64,000 nucleotides of DNA, taken from Massalongia carnosa. Its lineage: Eukaryota. The DNA lies in the NCBI GenBank assembly GCA_965645245.1, contig OZ287077.1:2232001-2296000 (forward strand). Reading direction: 5' to 3'. Below are positions 45,605-58,900 of the stretch, piece after piece (position 1 is the stretch's first letter; each line of letters opens with the position of its first letter). The translations under genes were made by a program, and so were the position numbers. The notes beneath the pieces were generated by a model. It was not told the origin of the DNA, made no database searches, and saw only the letters and a list, made by a program, of their open reading frames with translations.

Positions 45605-46482
45605 GAAGGACAGGTGGCGCAATGGTAGAAATCTATTCACTATCTCGCTTCGTTACAGAATACTTAGTCATCTGTCACGGAATCGCTTCGCACCCTCCCG
45701 CTTGTCCTGATCGGGTTGGTATCTAACAGGGCCCATTGCTGTCATCCATCGTGCTCAGGCGTTCTTCTGCCGCCCTCAGCGAACTATCAATCTCCTACAA
45801 TCCGCATCCAATCTCAACGTCTCCATTATCAAGGCTTATGACTGAGAGTGCTTCAGCACAGATAAAGGCGGGATAGGTCAAAGCAATCATGTTAAGGAAA
45901 TTAGTACAGGAACAGAGACGGGGCAAGTCGAGAATAGGAGAGTTGAAAGCCATGGCTATAAAGTCTGTGGTTTCCCAGGTGTTTAGAGCTCTTCATCGGA
46001 CGTCTTGTGTATTATTCTCTACTTCTAGTTTTAGCATATCTAGATATCCGTTCTGTAAGATAGAGTCTTGTATCTCTCCAGCCCTCCCCTGACAATCAAT
46101 CGGTGTACTAGTCGTGAGTTCGATTCCTGACCTGAATTCCTCGCTTTTTCGCCTTGCTTCGACGGACTGAAGCTAGGACGAAACGGGATAGCATTGAATA
46201 AAAACTCTCTAATTCGGATCGGCGAGGGCCGTACGCTTAGAAGAGCCCATTCTTCGGGGTTAACTATAAATGGAAGCGGCTAGGGGCTAGCCGCAGCTAG
46301 ACGGGCGGTAGTGTAACGGTTCGACCAAGCGTGGTGCGGACGGCAGGACCTACGGCGAACATAGTAGGAGTCCCAGTTACAGTAGAATAGAGCTTAGTCT
46401 GCGCACTAAGTATTGTGCCTTTTGGTCGGGAAGGACAGGTGGCGCAATGGTAGAAATCTATTCACTATCTCGCTTCGTCACA
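45605..46482 (+). mobile_element. Small non-coding LTR element (TRIM-like), 5' LTR truncated
   Basis: 45605-45657 repeats 46430-46482 with 1 mismatch. Full LTR is 46312-46482 (TG..CA), preceded by purine-rich AGACGGGCGGTAG. Confidence 0.7.
45673..46094. mobile_element. Probable solo LTR nested in the TRIM-like element
   Basis: TGTCA...TGACA termini, TATAAA box, non-coding. No 5-bp TSD. Confidence 0.55.
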
Positions 46483-48023
46483 ATTCCTACTCTTTTTACT
46501 TCTTCTCAAATTCTAAATCTTATTCTTATCTTTATTTGTGGGTTTACCCCAACTCGTGGCACCAGACGTATGACTGCGTCAGTGCTTGAGTTGGATGGTA
46601 AAGTTGTTCTATTAGCTAGTAGGGAGCGTGGGCTGTATAGGCGTTTGTCCCTTTTCGGGGTCACGTGGCTGGCTAGGCGTCCCGTGCCTAACAGTGACGC
46701 GGGCCTTAATAGCATCTAGTCGTGCCCACAGCCCGTTCTATCTACTAGTGCTACTAACATTATTCTTTCTTTTTATTATCTCTATTCTTTATTAAATTCA
46801 GATGGAGAATAAAATTTCCCAAACGCCTTTTATCATTTGTACTACTGTAAAAATGACACACGACGAAACTGAAAATAACCACGTGTAACGCAAGAATAAT
46901 CATAGGAAAACCAGAGATTCTTTACAAACCAGTATCGAATCGTACTTGAATCGTGTAGGAAACGTTAGCGACCAGGACGCGTTACGTCTATTGCTTGAAG
47001 CAAGAAACGCGTTCCAAACGCAACAACAAATAGAAGACGACGAACCCTCCAACGAACAGGGCGACGTCTCGAGCACCCTGCGGGAGATAAAACAATCGCT
47101 AGAACGCATCGAGAAAGGAAAACCCATCGCGAAAAGCCCCCAAAGCTATGCAGGCGCCGCCGCGGAGGGGGCTCGTAAAGAGAGCGACCGACGCGCAATT
47201 TCGACCACCGCCGGAAATCCCAACAGGCCAGACCTCACGCAACGGGCAGTCAACGAAGCGACGCAGGCCAGGGTGTTCACTGTAACCATCCCGGTCGAGG
47301 AAGAAAACGATAAATTGAGACGACTATCGACCAAAGAATTGGTCGAAACGTTGCAGAGAAACGCTCCAGGAATACACGGAGTGTCGAGACTCGCAAGTGG
47401 CGACATAATAATACACACCGAATCAGTTGAAGCCGGGAAGACTCTGAGCGAAAGTTCGGAGTTCTTAACCGGAATTGCCGCGTCAGCGATGGTCTAACGA
47501 AGAACCTACATAGTGCAGGCAAGCGGCGTAAAGGTCGAACACGTTTAAACGAGCGATCAGTACAGAGCAATTCAATATCTGCACATAGTAAACACACGAT
47601 TACATCCAAAGCTGAAGATCGTGAAGATTTCCTGGTCCACCAAAGCAATCAGAGAAAAAAAACTGTATTCCACATTACGCCTGGAAGTCGCAACCCCAAC
47701 GATGGCAAACCGCCTGATTACGGAAGGCCTACTGGTAGACTACGAAATCAAGCACTACGAAAAGATTTCAAAGGGAAACAAACTGATGCAGTGCTTCAAC
47801 TGCTACAAATATGGAAATAAAAGCAGATACTGCAAGCTTCCTACGAGATGCGGCCGCTGCGCCGGAGAATATCTGACGGACGAATGCAACGCAGAAATTA
47901 CAGGCGGAGCCACAGCCTACGCGGGCTGCGACTCGCGGGGGCACATCGCGTGGTCCCCTTACTGCAAGGTGAGAATACTGGAGAAGAAAAAGATCGAAAA
48001 ATCCAGAAAAAACAAAGCATATC

Positions 48024-51000
48024 TGTCAGCCAGTTTAGTGGTCAAGCAGTAAGCGATATGTAGCTCGGATACGGTAATCTATTAACCGAATCCCAACATT
48101 CTAGTAACTGAGAGAATGGGTGCAAAATCCTTTGAAGGCAAGCAATCATCACCTCAATTCCAAGTGTCAATTTCAAGTGTCTATCTAAAATGTAAATCAT
48201 TCTCCAATCACCAAGAGCTTAGATCAATAAATCAAGCTCAATAGTAATGAGCCCGGAAGCACATCAATCGTTTTAGAAGAAAGTACCAACCTGCATTTTG
48301 CAACTTGCATCTTACCTTGTAAGTTTACATCATCTTGCATCAAATAACCATCAAGTCATCAAATCAAAAATCAACATTAGTACCACGCGAAAGATAGTCC
48401 TAGGCAAGCCAGCGGATTGGGACACCTGGTTTTCCTTCGTCCGATCACGGGCCACAAACAGCGGAATTTGGGACCTAGTGAATCCAGAAATCATTACCAA
48501 GCCAATAAGTATCCAATCGCCAATGGAACCGGTGTTCATCTTATCAACAGACGCCGCAACTTTTGACCCAAGAGCCTACGAAGTATATAAGGCACAAACC
48601 CACATCTACAAAATTCAGCTGGCCAAGTACGAAAAGCAGCAAAAGGTATTTGCCGACCTTATTACCTTCATTCAAGATACCATCACAGTCCAAAATGCCA
48701 CCTACATTCAGAAAGAAGAGCCTCACCCATGGAACCAGCTTCGAGCACTGAAAACCCGCTTAGCACCGAGCTACTCAGCACGCTGTATAGAGATCGAGAT
48801 CAAATATCACAGGTTATGCAAGGGATCAGGCAAGCAGGATATAGAAACGTGGTTAGATGAATGGCAAACAGTCTACACCGATGGCAAGGCATATGGAGTT
48901 GGTGAAATGATGGGAACACGGCCTATTCGTGATTTTATAATGGCCGTTCTTCCCACCGAACCTTCATTTGCCAACGCTCATCTGATTACTTTGGACAGCA
49001 AGGAAGAGAAAGATTTCCACCCGCTAATTGAGAGCTTTCGTAAATATGTTCGCCTGCATCAAACGCAAAAAAATATGAATAACAACACGCATTCAGCTTT
49101 TGCAACCGAGAAAAAGAAGGAAGGACAGGGAGCGACATTTAATGGGCAAAAAACGCCTCCCAAATGTCTTTGTGGGTCCGTTCATGGGTACAATGACTGC
49201 TACTATCTAGTACTAGAGAAGTGGCCCTCAAATTGGACTTCCAGACCCCAAATTCAAACACAGATTGATGAAGCAATGAAAGACCAGCAGTTGAAAGCTA
49301 AGGTGGAAAAATCCCTTCAGCGATCAAAGGAAATACAACAATTAAAAGCCACTAAAACCACCAACACAAACACCAACAATACTGAGAAGGAGTTAGGCGC
49401 TTTTACATCTACTAAAACATCGTCATCATTCTCGGCAGATAGCTACACAATCAAGAGCTCATGGATATTGGATAACGGGTCTAATATCAATGTGTGCAAC
49501 AACACCATGAAATCGCGCTACACACAGGAAAGGAAATCAATGGGAGAGTATCTAACTGCGGGCACCCAACGCCTAGCAATAGAAAGCTATGGTACGGTCA
49601 AAATCACCGTATCAACTCCTACCGGACTTCAAAGCATCACACTTCTAAATGTAGCCTATGTATCCAACTTCATGACCAACCTAGTTTCTCAGGACTTGCT
49701 CTATGTGAAAGGCCTTTACTTTAATAATTGGAAGAATCACCTCCATCGGGAAGGGAAGACGGTTGCTTATGTAAAGCGTTATGACGGCCATTATTTGCTA
49801 GAGGACAACACATCATCAGATCAAGCATCAGTTTTCCTAGTGCAACAGAAACCAAAGATAGCTACCAATAAAACCGCAACAGCATACGAATGGCAACAGA
49901 TGCTAGCCCATGCCTCGGATGAATCTATTCAACATCTCGAGTCATCTACTAGGGGAGTCAAAATATCAGAAGAATCAGAAGGAAAAGTCCCCAAAACCAA
50001 CGAGTGCGAACCTTGCGCTTTATCCAAAGCACATCGCATTGTTTCTCGTTCATCAGAAAATGCAGAAACATCAAATGAGCCCTTTTATCGCATCACTTAT
50101 GATTTAATGCAGCTCAACACCGCGATGAATAAAGATGAATGGGTTTCACACTTTGCATGCCATGCGACCGATTTCAATATGGTATTTACCCACCCACACA
50201 AAGGGGATGCATCGAAAATATGCAAGGAGGCAATCAATCTTATTGAGACTCGCTTCAAGGCTAAGGTAGTGTTTATTCGGTCAGATAGAGAACGGTCATT
50301 GGGCAATAATTTCAACGACTTGCTTGTTGAAAAGGGCATCACCCATGAATCATCAACACCCTACACACCGGAGCAAAACGGCCACTCTGAGAGAAAAGGG
50401 GGAATTTTAGCCATGAAAGCAAGGGCACTGAGAATTGACGCGGGACTACCAATTTTCCTATGGCCGGAGATCGTGCGCACCGCAGGATATATTGCTAATC
50501 GCATACCAATGAAGAAGCACCAATGGAAAACACCTTATGAGCTAGTCATAGGAAACCCGCCCGATCTCAGCCATCTCCACCACTATAGATGCAAAGCGTA
50601 CACACTAAATAAGCAGATACAAAAGAAGCAAAAACTTCAAGAACGAGCACATATCGGTCATCTAGTAGGGTATGAAGCCAGAAATATCTTTCGAGTATGG
50701 ATACCAAGTCAAAGAAAAGTAATTCGTACGAGGGATGTGATTTTTAATGAGAACACCTACTATGATGCACACGATATTGACCTACTACAAGCTGTCAACG
50801 AACCTATGAGCTTCATGATCTGGATCCCATCACCCTTATCACCGAAATAGGATCGGATGATGAAGAGGAGGAAAGTGGAATCGGCATGAGGGAAAACATT
50901 CAAGGCATGGAAGAAAATATGGAGGAAATAATTCTGGACAAAAATTCTGGATACGGAAATGCTGCCGAAATTTCATCAGACGACACTTACCTATTAACAC

Positions 51001-53192
51001 CGAGCCCCTCCATTACCAGCTCATCAAGCCCAAACCCATCAATTCATGGTTCAAATCCATCAGAATCAATCACCGCAAAGAGTAATAAGTCTAGAAAAGC
51101 ATCAAGGGATATCAATTCAAGTCTCGATACGGATAATATCTTACCTGAGGGGATGGGAAGAAGTCGCAATCGCAATAGACGCTATGAAGCCTATTCAACC
51201 GCCTTAGCGCAAGCCAAGAATGGCGAGTTGAATTCATATCACGCTGCATTCTCGGCCAATATCATGGCAGGTTCCTACTACATTTCCAATCAAGAGCCTA
51301 GAAAGGACTATACCCCGACTCAAAGCACTCGCTTTCATAGAGATAGCTTACTTATTGAACCTGAGAACTATCGTCAAATGCTAAAGCATCCGCATGCAGA
51401 GGGCTTCAAATTAGCCATGCAGATGGAAATTCAGGCGCTTGTTGCAAAGAACACCTGGACCGAGGTCAACATCAATGCAGCAACAATAGCTGGGAAAACA
51501 CCTATTCCAACCATGTGGGTGTTCAAGTACAAACTCGATGAAAAGGGGTATTTAGTCAAATACAAATCAAGACTATGTGCTAGGGGTGATCTTCAACGTA
51601 CCGAGCAAGATACCTTTGCAGCTACATTGGCCGCACGGATTTTTAGAGCGCTAATAGCTATACTAGCCGCATTTGACCTTGAAACACGCCAATACGACGC
51701 AGTCAATGCATTTGCAAATAGTCCTATTGATGAACCTACCTATTGTAAATTGCCCGAAGGGTGGCCTGGATCAGAAAAAGTCAATATTCTACTACTCCTA
51801 TTGCGAGCACTATACGGTCTCAAGCAATCACCGGCCCTATGGTATCAAAATCTATCAAAAGCCCCAATCGAGATGAATCTTGAACCCGTCCCGGGGGTGG
51901 ATTGCCTTTTCATTAGTCAAGATACCCATATCTTGCTATTCTTCTTCGTGGATGATATCGTCATATTATATGATCACCGCTACACCAATCAAGTGGATCA
52001 GTTTCAAGCTCTACTATTTCAGAAGTACGAAATGCGATACTTAGGTCAATTGGAATGGTTTCTAGGAATTCACATCATCAGGGATAGGAATATTCGTCAG
52101 CTATGGCTTTGCCAAGATTCATTCATTGACAAGCTAATAGCCAAGTTCAAAATCAACTTGGACCTCACCAAGCGTTCAACACAATCACCACTACCACTAG
52201 AAGAATTAACCAAAAATAATTCTATGGCAACAGCTCAAGAAATTCACTCCTATCAACAGCGGGTAGGATCATTGAATTTTGCCGCAGTCATCACTAGGCC
52301 CGATGTGGCCCAAGCAGCTTCGAAATTATCGGAATTTCTTACCAACCTATCCAAACACCATATGGAATGCGTCAACCGTACCCTCAAATATCTAGCCCAT
52401 ACTAAGCATCTAGCAATTGTGTTCAACACACAGGCTACTTATTCACGAGAGATATTCTTGGCCAGTAGCGATGCATCCTCCGCAGATGATTCAAGCACTA
52501 GATATAGCTCTCAAGGCTATGCATTCAAACTATTCAATGGAATGATCGATTGGAAGGCCTCTAAGCAGCGCACAGTCACAACTAGCTCAACCGAGGCCGA
52601 ATTGCTAGCCATATTAGCCGCAGGGAAAGAATTGATATGGTGGACTCTCTTTTTTCAATCAATAAATTTCCACCTCGATCATCAAACTAGTATTCAATAC
52701 GATAACCGTTAAACCATTCGAGCCCTAACCACTAACCGCCTTATTTCCAAGCTTAGGCATGTGGATATTCACAAGCATTGGCTCCGCCAGGAAATATCTA
52801 GGGGGAAAATCGGTATAGAATGGGTTTCAACAAATAACATTCTAGCTGATGGACTAACAAAGTCATTACCCCCCCAATGTCAAAAGCAATTCATCAGGCT
52901 ATTAGACCTAGGGTATGAGAAAGGAAATGATGAAGATTCCACTGAAGGAGAAAATCTTCATCAAGGGGATGTGTCAGCCAGTTTAGTGGGTCTAGCAGTA
53001 AGCGATATGTAGCTCGGATACGGTAATCTATTAACCGAATCCCAAAATTCTAGTAACTGAGAGAATGGGTGCAAAATCCTTTGAAGGTAAGCAATCATCA
53101 CCTCAATTCCAAGTGTCAATTTCAAGTGTCTATCTAAAACGTAAATCATTCTCCAATCACTAAGAGCTTAGATCAATAAATCAAGCTCAATA
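48024..53192 (+). mobile_element. Full-length Ty1/Copia element L
   Basis: LTRs 48024-48243 and 52972-53192 differ by ~5 substitutions and 1 indel, both TG..TA. TSD ATATC at 48019-48023 and 53193-53197. PBS GTAATGAGCCC; PPT AAGGGGATG. Confidence 0.95.
48298..53012 (+). pseudogene. Copia polyprotein of element L with a frameshift (~50810) and a stop (52710-52712)
   Basis: WILDNGS, CEPC, EQNGHSER, KSRLCARG, LYGLKQS, FVDD, STEAE, ADGLTK. Confidence 0.9.
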
Positions 53193-55910
53193 ATATCTGT
53201 AAACCGTGAGCGAGTCAACGCCGGTCCCCACTTTCGTCTTCACTCAAAACCCAACGATCCCACCTACCGCCCCGACGACACCACACACCGTCAGCAATCC
53301 CACCCCGCCACCTATCACCCCAATCAAAGTAATCACGAACAAGAAGAGAAAGGTAGCTACCGCTGCCTCACCCACCACGCCCAACCCCCGGTCCTCCGCC
53401 CCTCCGGGCCCTGTCCAAGGAGGAGCGTGGAAAGACATCGAGATCATGAAACCTAGCAATATGCAAAGAGCGATGGCCAAGCCAACACTGGGCAGACCCT
53501 CAAACGTAGCAACCGCGCAGCAGGCTCCCGCCGCATCAGCAGCGCCGGAGAAAGAAGCCACCCATCCCCCCCCCCGCGCCCCCTCTACGATTCCCCCCTC
53601 CCCTTCCTCTCCCCCCGAAGTCCCCATCAATGTGGAACCGAAAACGATTCCCCCGCAAACGGAAAACATGGAAACTGATCTATGACGGACACACACTCTA
53701 TCAACATATTACAGTACAACGTCAGAAATGACCGCGTAACAACCATGCTACCGTTATTAGCAGATCAGAGAGTACAAAATTACGATATAATAGCGATTCA
53801 AGAGCCGTGGCGCAACCCCAACGGCCCGACCACGCTTAGTTCCTTTCAAAGTGGATTCCATCTTCTGTATCGCCCAGGTGGCGACACGAGATTATGCTTC
53901 TATATTAACGAAAAAATCGATCCGGAAAGCTGGGAGATTGAGTTTCCCTCGTCGGACATATGCACGCTGAAAATAAAAATCAAAGATCAAGAAAACGAGA
54001 AAAAAATGCGTATACACAACGTGTATAATCCTTCTCCAATCTCCCATTCATCCATTGATAGCCCTTCGTCCATACCGATATTGAGTCGCCAACTCGCCGC
54101 CGAGGCGGAACACGTTGTGATCGGCGATTTCAATCTACCCACCCGCTGTGGAACGGCCCTACGAGGCCCACTCAACTCACCGCAGCCGACCATCTGCTAG
54201 ATATAGTAGAGAATTACGACCTATCGTTAACACTGCCCAAAGGCTCAGTGACGTGGGAAGCTCGGGGGTCGTTCAGTACCATAGATCTAGTATTCATGTC
54301 GGAATACTTAGCAGAAAAAATAGAGCATTGCAAGACGAGACCCGACTTGAATCAATCGTCAGATCACATCCCGATATCTACCCGCATCCTACTAGGCTAT
54401 GAGATACCTACGCCCATCAAACGCCGAGCCTGGAAGCTTCTGAACATGGAAAAGCTAAGAGAGGCTGAGCAAACCGCCCCCCATACGAGTCACCCACGCT
54501 CGCGCGAGGAGATTGACGAATACACTCATACCATACAGAAGTTTCTTCAGCGGGTTATCGCCGCTTCCGTCCCGTGGGCGAAACAAAGCGCACACGCCAA
54601 ACCCTTTTGGAATCCCGAATGCAACGACGCCACAAAGCAATCCCGCAGACTGCGCAGAATATGGAGCGCCACAAATCTCAGGGAAGATTGGATAGCGTAC
54701 ATGAAGGCGAACGACAAAAAACAAAAGATACAGGATCTCCGCGTCCACCTGGGGAGCCTCGTTCTCGAAGGCCAGACAGGTTTATATTGCGGTCGTTCGT
54801 CCGGCAATGACCTACGCATCCGCCGTATGGCATACACCGAAAGAAATAGGGAAAAGCAAAGCCGCGACGAGCAAGCTGGCGGTCATGCAAAACAAGTGCT
54901 TGCGAACAATAACGCGTGCATTTCGGGCCACCCCGATTCCAGTATTGGAAACCGAAACGCACGTGACGTCTATAGAATCGCATTTGGAAGAATTACAAGT
55001 CAAAGCGAGATATCGCCAACGAACCGCCGGGCAAACGAGACTCATCTCGTCTTTCTGCAAGGGGATAGAACGCAAGTTGCGCGGAAAAGCGGGCAAGAAA
55101 AGATCGCCGAAACCGACCCCAGGAATGCTCAAGCACGAATGGGCCAAAAACACATTGATCAGCGCCATACCCACCGCAGCCCCAACTCCGCACCCACCCT
55201 GGATCACGCCTACGGAGGAACACATGCTCACAGCCAATGCAGTAAGGATGAGTCGCAGCGCTCACACGAAAGCCACAAAAGCGCATTACAAAACGAAATG
55301 GCAGACAACCTGGAAAGCATATCAAGATCGCGTACCCTTTCCCACCGAAGCACAGCGCGCTTCCTTAACCAAAGGAAGAATCAAAATACACGACAATCTG
55401 GCAAAGCGGAAAGCGCGTTAGCTACCCAAATTTGCACGGAAAAAATAGGTCTGGCAAGTTTTCTATTTAAACGACGAGTTCCCAACGTGACGACGGCGGC
55501 CTGCAGCTTTGGTTGGCCCCAGCAAACGGCGAAACATGTAATCATGCACTGCCCATTAATGACGAGAAGACAAGAGCTGTTTCGGCGTATAAATACCAAC
55601 GAGTATCGTACGATACTCGAAACATCCAAAATATTGAAACAGGTAACGAGATGGATTATCGAAGCTGGCGTTTTGGCGCAATTTTCTTTATCGGCAAGCT
55701 TGCTATACAAGCAATAATTTTCTTTTCATTCAAGGGACTCATCTAAAAAGTACACGAGCAGCACAGCTGGAGGTCGTTGGGACCTCGTACGCGCAGCGTT
55801 GGCATTGGGTTTTTATTCCTCTTAATGGTTTTCCTGTAGCATAGTAATCCATCCCGCATGGGCCGGCCTTCGGCCGGTGACATATCGGCGTAAGAATATA
55901 TCTATCTATC

Positions 55911-58900
55911 TTTGATTTAATTTGATTTGATTATTCTCTCGCCGTTATGTCACCGGCCGAAGGCCGGCCCATGCGGGAGATGCTATATAAGCTATGTAAT
56001 AAGTAGAAAACCCAAAGGTGAAAAACTACTCCTGCGTATCTGCTTCATCGGGGTTCGCCGCTCCCGCGGATTGATTCCTGTATCTCGAAAATCTGCGATA
56101 CCTGTTTTTCAAACTGAAGAGAGACTGCCCGGCTGCTGTTCAAGCAGTTGCGTGGCAATGGAATACTGTGTTAAAATACCTATGCGCATGATCTACGCGG
56201 TTACTACTTTGAGAGCTTTGGGTTCGGTGATTAGCTTGCGGTAGTCTGACGAGCCTGCCGTTCGTAGCATGTGCGTTCTGTGTTCGTGCAGTCTGCAGAA
56301 CATGATTAAATGTTTGGCTGTTTGTAAGAGGCTTCCGCAAGGACATGCCGCCGAGTTCACACCTGGGACCTTGCGCCGATATAGAAAGTTGGCTAATCCG
56401 ATTTTTTCCGTTCTTATCTGTGTTGCTAGTGAGCTTTGCGCTTTGTCTAGTAACTTGTGTGCGTTAAGCCTTTTCCTGTGTATAGGCGCCTGTTGTGCGA
56501 TCGTGGGATATAACGTGTGTTTGCTTGATATGCTTTCCACTTGTTGATCCACTGATTCCCAAAGTGCTTCATTATTATCCCGTCTCGTTGGTTCTGCGTC
56601 GTTACTTGCGCTGTGCGTTGTCTCTTCTGTGCCTCGTCGATCGTTGTCCAGGGAGGGGAGAGGGTTGATCCAGTTTAACTGTTTTCGGTGCGTCTTTCGT
56701 CATCTTTGTTACCCATTCTCGTTTACGAGTTCCCGGTGTTTTCTCTGCGACTCGCGATTGACCTCTTTTGCCTCTGAGTTTCACTTGAATTCTATTGCAC
56801 GCCTGCTTTATAATTTTTTCCTGTTCGCTGTTCGAGATTCTGGATCTCGTTTTTGCTTGTAAGCGGTCCAGATGTTGCGTTAAGGGAGGGATGTGGGTTT
56901 CTGCCTGTAATACTTTAATTGGGGTTGCCTTGTACGCTCCGGCTATGACTCGTAAACACTTGTTTTGTATGACTTCGAGTTTGCTTCTTGATTCGACTTT
57001 GGCTTTCTTTCTTGCTTCGGCTGGCATATGCCATGCTATCAAGCCGTGCGACATGGCGGGGCGTATTACTGCTGTGTACACGTGGCGGGCTCGTAGGAGG
57101 GTCGCCCCCCAGGTTGAGGCTGCGATTTTGGTCAGTGCCATTGTTTGTCTCGTCATTTTCTTCTGAATTTCCTTGTAATGCGCTGCCCAATCGAGTCTAG
57201 TGTCAATGTAAACTCCCAGGACTCTTATCGAAGTCTTGGTCTTCAGGATCTTGCCTCTTACCGCGAAGGATGCGTCCAGGTTGAATTTCTTTGGATTCTT
57301 TGCCAGGTGTATCAGCTCGTATTTGTGTGGCGCGAATACGGAGCCGTGGCGAGCGGCCCATCGTTCGCAGTCGTTGTGTATTTTTTCCAGCGTTTTGCAA
57401 TTCTCTTCGGTGGACTTTCCGTACGCCAGTATATTGACGTCGTCTACGAAACCCATGCCCGCTGCGTTGGTACCTGGTCTATTGCAAATATCGAGTAAGT
57501 CTGCATTTTAAAAGATATATTGAATGGGAGACAAAGGAGATCCTTGCGGAATTCCTATATTCAGCTGGAATGCGTTGGTTTTTCGTTGATTGATAGTGAG
57601 AGTGGTTTCTCTTTCCTTGAGGAAGCTTTCTTTCCATTTCGTGATCCATTCCGGAATTTTTCTCTTTCTCAGATTATGAATGAGCCTACGATGTGAAACC
57701 GTATCGAAGGCGCCTGAAACGTCGATACTAAGAAGCGATGCTACTTTGTCTTTCCCTTGATTCCAGACCGTGTGTACCTGCTCCGTGAGTAGTTCTAGCG
57801 CTGTGTCCGTTGCGCGGCCTGGTCTTGCTCCCATTTGCGTGTCTGGAATTAATCTGTGTTTTTCCGTTAAATAGCTTATTTTCCTTGCTATAATGGATTC
57901 TAGCATTTTTCAAAGCGTGTTTAGGAGCGCAATGGGTCTCCACGCCTTAGGATTCGCGTAGTTACTCTTTCCTGGTTTCTTCAGCGTGATGGTGTTGGCG
58001 GTTTTGAACGCTCGAGGATGATAACCCTGCTCTGCGCAGGCCTGGAACAGTGGTGTCAGCAACTTGATCAGATTTTCCGAGCATGCCTTGAGAATTCTAT
58101 TTGTGATCCCGTCCGGACCGGGTGCCTTGTCTGGTTTCGACCTACGAAGCGCTGCCACGCACTTCTTCTTTCGTGATCAGGATGGGGCAGTCTGGGGTTT
58201 GCGGGTACGTGTATCCTACGATGTCGCTGAGATCTGCGTCCGGGGGTAGGGGGAAGAAAGATTTCTTTAGCATTTTCGCTTTCTCTTCGAAGGTATTGGC
58301 TATCGTATCAGGGTCCTGGGTTGTGGCCAGGGGGGGCATTTTTGGGATTTCTCTGGGGGCGTCACTTTTGTTTTTACCCCACTTTGCTAGACGGAAGAGT
58401 CCGGATTGGGAAGTTGTGATTGTGGCTATTTGCTGTTTGAAGCAGAGATTTTTTGCTTTACCGATAATTTTTTGTTTCTTATCGTTTGCTTTAACGTAGT
58501 TTTTCCAATCCGCTAGGTTTCTTTCCGCGGTCCAGATTCTTCGTAGCCTACGAGTCTCTCTTATTGCGTCGTCGCATTCCTTATTCCAAAAGGGTTTCGC
58601 CTCCGGGCTTGGTCTGGCCCATGGTACTGCTTTATCTACGATTTCCTTGAGGTAATCCGGGATTTCCTTGGTATATTGATCGATTTCCTCGATGCTGTGC
58701 GGCATGCGTGGTGCGGGGGTTCTTTTCTCGATTTCTTTTACCTTGTCCATGTTTAGAAGTTTCCAGGCCCTTCGTGGGAGCTTTGTCAGGGGTTCGCAGG
58801 AGAGCCGCAGTCTCGTTGAAATCGGTATGTGATCGGAATCTTGATTCATCTCCGGGACCGTGGTGCAGTGTTCCAATCTCTCCGTTAAATCTTCTGTCAT

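Larger units (their letters stand above)
46483..55910 (+). mobile_element. APE-type (Tad-like) LINE K, degenerate, split by Copia L, RT domain deleted
   Basis: ORF1 remnants 46853-48023 and 53198-53685 with three Cys clusters. ORF2 53682-55717 has an endonuclease (QYNV, IQEPW, GDFN, SDH) and C-terminal Cys/His motif. (TATC)n tail. 5' boundary approximate. Confidence 0.88.
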
